From the NCBI GenBank assembly GCA_051362555.1, contig CM120640.1, positions 32,879,967 through 32,943,966 on the forward strand: a DNA stretch of 64,000 bases. The letters are read 5' to 3'. Shown piece after piece: positions 60,837-64,000 of the stretch. Both the position numbers and the translations under genes were made by a program. Numbering within the stretch: the first letter of the stretch is position 1; every line of letters starts with the position of its first letter. This DNA comes from Lingula anatina (taxonomy: Eukaryota > Animalia > Brachiopoda). The notes under the pieces are model-generated. The model worked only from the letters and a program-made list of their open reading frames with translations. It had not been told where the DNA came from and did no database searches.

Positions 60837-61242
60837 GTTTGAAAATTGTTTCACCGCTAGGTGTCAGAAAAGTTGTTAAAATTATAGCATTCTTTGTCAA
60901 ATTTAATGGGAATGATTTATGGCATATACTCCCCAAAGTTGTATTATCGGACCAAGAAAATGTCAATCTCTAAGAAGAGTTAAGTTATAAGATAATAAGC
61001 AAAAGATCATAGGTTAGTGTGCAGACTGTCCTGGTAATCCACTCTCTAGTCGAAGGAGACCCAGGTCATGAAACTAGCAGAAAACTACTTTGGTTTGGAC
61101 CTCTTGAAATGCAATAGATTACATGTACATACTTTCAGGGTCCTTAAAGTATCTTCAGTGGGAAAGATACCACGTTATCTGCTACCTCTACTGCGCATTG
61201 TTCATTCGACACACCATGTCACTGGCAATAGTTGTTATTTTG
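60837..61242. promoter_or_regulatory. Head-to-head promoter EED / BCL2L13 with non-coding first exon of BCL2L13
   Basis: Only 590 bp between the two ATGs; donor ttg|gtacgt at 61243 and acceptor ctttgctttag at 61407. Confidence 0.55.
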
Positions 61243-61426
61243 GTACGTATTTTCTTCTTTGAAATTGTCTGGTTAAAATCGATATTCACTGTACAGTACA
61301 TTATTATATCATTATAATTTCTACCCCAAAAATCAAATTAACTTACCATCGATGTACAAGATATCAGTAAAAGCTACCAAATGACAAGTACTTTTGCTTT
61401 GCTTTAGGACAAGTAATGCTTTTAAG

Positions 61427-63837
61427 ATGGCTAATGGTACTGACCGTACTCTAGAAAACGCCAGAAGTCGGTCTTCTCCAAGGACACCAGTCACTCCAGA
61501 TGATTTTTTACTGGAAACTAAGCTTGTGATCCTCAGTTATCTTGGCCTTATCCCACCACATCTGCATCCTCATAATATTGATTTGAGTTCAGAATCAGAG
61601 TCCATTACTTCCTCTCCTGACTCTGCTTCTGATTTTCATTTTGATTCGCATGAGAAAAGAAAATTGGAAATAGTTTATGATGCAAAAGAAGAAGAGGAGG
61701 AGCATGACTTTGACAGTGTAGATATTATGCAGTTGCCACCAGGTGTTGTGAAAGTGGAGTTTCAGAAGGAGGAACTTGACATAAATCTTGAAGATGCAGC
61801 TACTGGTAATGTGGGTCACGTTGTGCAAGAGGAATGTCATATGACTGTCACTGGTCCTGGTGGCAGTTTGAGAGTAGAATCAAATACAAGTGTGCATTCG
61901 GATTCCTCACACACCAATTATACTATTTCTGAAACAAGTAGTGACATAACTTTACCTTCTTTATCTGTCTCTGAGTCATTACGTGAAAGTTCCGTTACCA
62001 GTGGAACTTATTCAAATGATCAGGGAAGAATTGCTCAAAGTCTTAAAGATAATCATTACAGGAGTAAATCAGCTGATATTCCACATCTGTCATCAGCTGT
62101 GCACAAGAAGGTGGCACTGCGCTTGGACTTGATGGCAAGAAACACGGTGTCGGATGAGATGGTTTCTGTTGCAACAGAGGCCAGACAATCAATTGTAAAC
62201 ATAAGAGGCACCAGTCATCAAGGTCAGTTTCGTAAAAGATTTTTTTGAAAGTGAAAAGATTTCTTTTCTTAGTCCTTTATGGGGGAATTTTGCAACTTAT
62301 GGAAATAGAATAACAAATTTACTAACTTCAATTTCTATTTGTGAAATAATATGATTTATAGTTATTTGTAAAAAATAACCTGGAATTTTTAGCATTTTCA
62401 TTGGTATGATATAAATTATTTCATACTTCAGGAAGTGGCCATCGTGTAATATCACCAACAGGTACATGCTGTGAAACTCCAATGACTCCACAGACTGCAG
62501 TGGCCAAACGTTTAGCACTTTTAGGAGACCAGATTTGCCAAGATCCAGAGTTAAACCGCAGACTGCAGGAAGCCATAGATACCATACTCACCTATCCATC
62601 TGAAACCCTGACTTATGACATATTTCAGAACACGGCATCACATGTGATGGGGCAGCAAATGCCAGGAACTACACAGGTGAGGGGAATTATGGAATATAAT
62701 AGCAAATAGAATTTAAGTATTTAAAGCCATATTATATTAATTTTTTGTTCAGTTTAGGCATGTTTGAGATTTTTTTAAAAAAATTGATGTACATATAGGC
62801 AAAGTGCAACACAAAAAAATATTTTGACAAGTATTTCCAAAGCAATATTTAAAAAACAAGACAAGGCCAATTGCAGCAGCTGGGACTGTCAGGACACTTG
62901 CTGGAGTGGAACTACACTATCAGTGAATTCAATTGCACTATGATAAAGTGGGGCAAAATGTATCTCTAAGACAATTACCCTTGTGTTGTTTGTAGGTGGC
63001 CCTTTTATTGCGCTTCACCAAACTGGCAGCAGTGGGCTTGACAAAATCTGGTACCTCAGGCATTGGCAGGCTGACAGAATATGCTACTAAACTGATAGCT
63101 GACAGGACTGCAGACTTTATTCTGCAAAATGGAGGATGGGTAAGTGTTTATGAAAAACTTCAATGGTCTGTTTATATACTCCATGTGATGTCCTACAGGA
63201 AAAACATCTGGTTAAAATATACATCTCATCATGGTTTTAGCTAAACCCACAAATACCAGATGATTCATGAAGTTATAAAAAAAAAACACCAACTATATAT
63301 TCTAACTGATACTATTGCAATTTATTCATTTTAAAGGAAAAAGGGAATTAAGATTTGATGAGACAAAAGTCATTTTGAATATTATTTTCTTTGAAGGACG
63401 CAGTTGCGAATGTTGATCCAGATCACATTGACACCAACCCCCTCTTCAGTTCTTCCGACATCAGTCTCCCCGGTGCCCTGTCTCCATTAGAAGTACAGCT
63501 GCCACCTGTTCAGGAAGATGATACTGTAGTCCCAGAGGCTACTGCAAAGGATCAGTCTGATGCACCTGACAGTGGAGGAGAACCTCGAGCTGATGAATCA
63601 ACTGCTGAATCAGAGAAAACCCCTGTTGAACAGTTTGTCTTGAGGAAAAGGGAAAGATCGTTTTCGAGAGAAAGGTCTGATGAATCGGTATTTGCAAATG
63701 AGGATGAAGATGGCACTAGTGATTTTGACTCAGATAGGTTTAGTTACTATACTACGATGGCTATTTATTCAGCGGGTGCAGCAGCAATTGCTGTACTGAC
63801 TCTTGGAGTCTGTATCTTGCTGCTTCGAAAACGCTGA
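61427..63837 (+). CDS. BCL2L13: Bcl-2-like protein 13 (Bcl-rambo), about 541 aa, 4 coding exons
   Basis: Exons 61427-62222, 62432-62676, 62996-63139, 63397-63837 in frame. N-terminal DFLLETKLVILSYLGL matches BCL2L13 (FHYETKYVVLSYLGL); BH3 AKRLALLGDQI; BH2 ADFILQNGGW; acidic linker; C-terminal TM helix followed by RKR*. Confidence 0.88.
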
Positions 63838-64000
63838 ACGAAATGAAAATTTTAACACAGGATTACCAGCATAACATCGTATCAAAGCTTTTCCAACAAT
63901 TAAGACTAAGACAATTTAAATAGGCAGATTATCACCTTTTATAAAGCATTTTAATGGACATCATAAGGCATTACTATAGGACTGGCAGCATTTTTTTTTT

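Noticed and set aside
60837-60854. In-frame GTG upstream of the EED ATG, like the GUG-initiated mammalian EED isoforms
   Set aside because: It would add only 6 residues and an in-frame TGA lies four codons further upstream; likely chance.

Overview
AT-rich, intron-rich animal genomic DNA (invertebrate bilaterian; lophotrochozoan/mollusc is my best guess, not proven). Manual splicing gives eight protein-coding genes: the last exon of p90 RSK (+), a jelly belly/HEN-1-like secreted LDLa ligand (+), eIF1A (-), Regnase/ZC3H12 (+), LAS1L (-), a myristoylation-motif DUF4062-NACHT (TEP1-like) gene with a Cys-rich PHF5-like tail (+), EED (-) and BCL2L13/Bcl-rambo (+). From jeb onward the strands alternate strictly, giving three head-to-head promoters. 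Several non-autonomous TIR elements (MITEs) are present. Main points of interest: (1) a compact Jeb-type ALK-ligand gene that the ORF track does not show as a whole; (2) the NACHT gene has 13 intact in-frame exons, then a phase break right after Walker B that disconnects an intact zinc-cluster module, while the premature stop is placed so that it may escape NMD; (3) apparent deep microsynteny with the human RPS6KA3-EIF1AX and ZC3H12B-LAS1L neighbour pairs; (4) a U12-type intron in EED. Most short ORFs in the supplied track are intronic noise. All family assignments come from remembered motifs; no database search was run.
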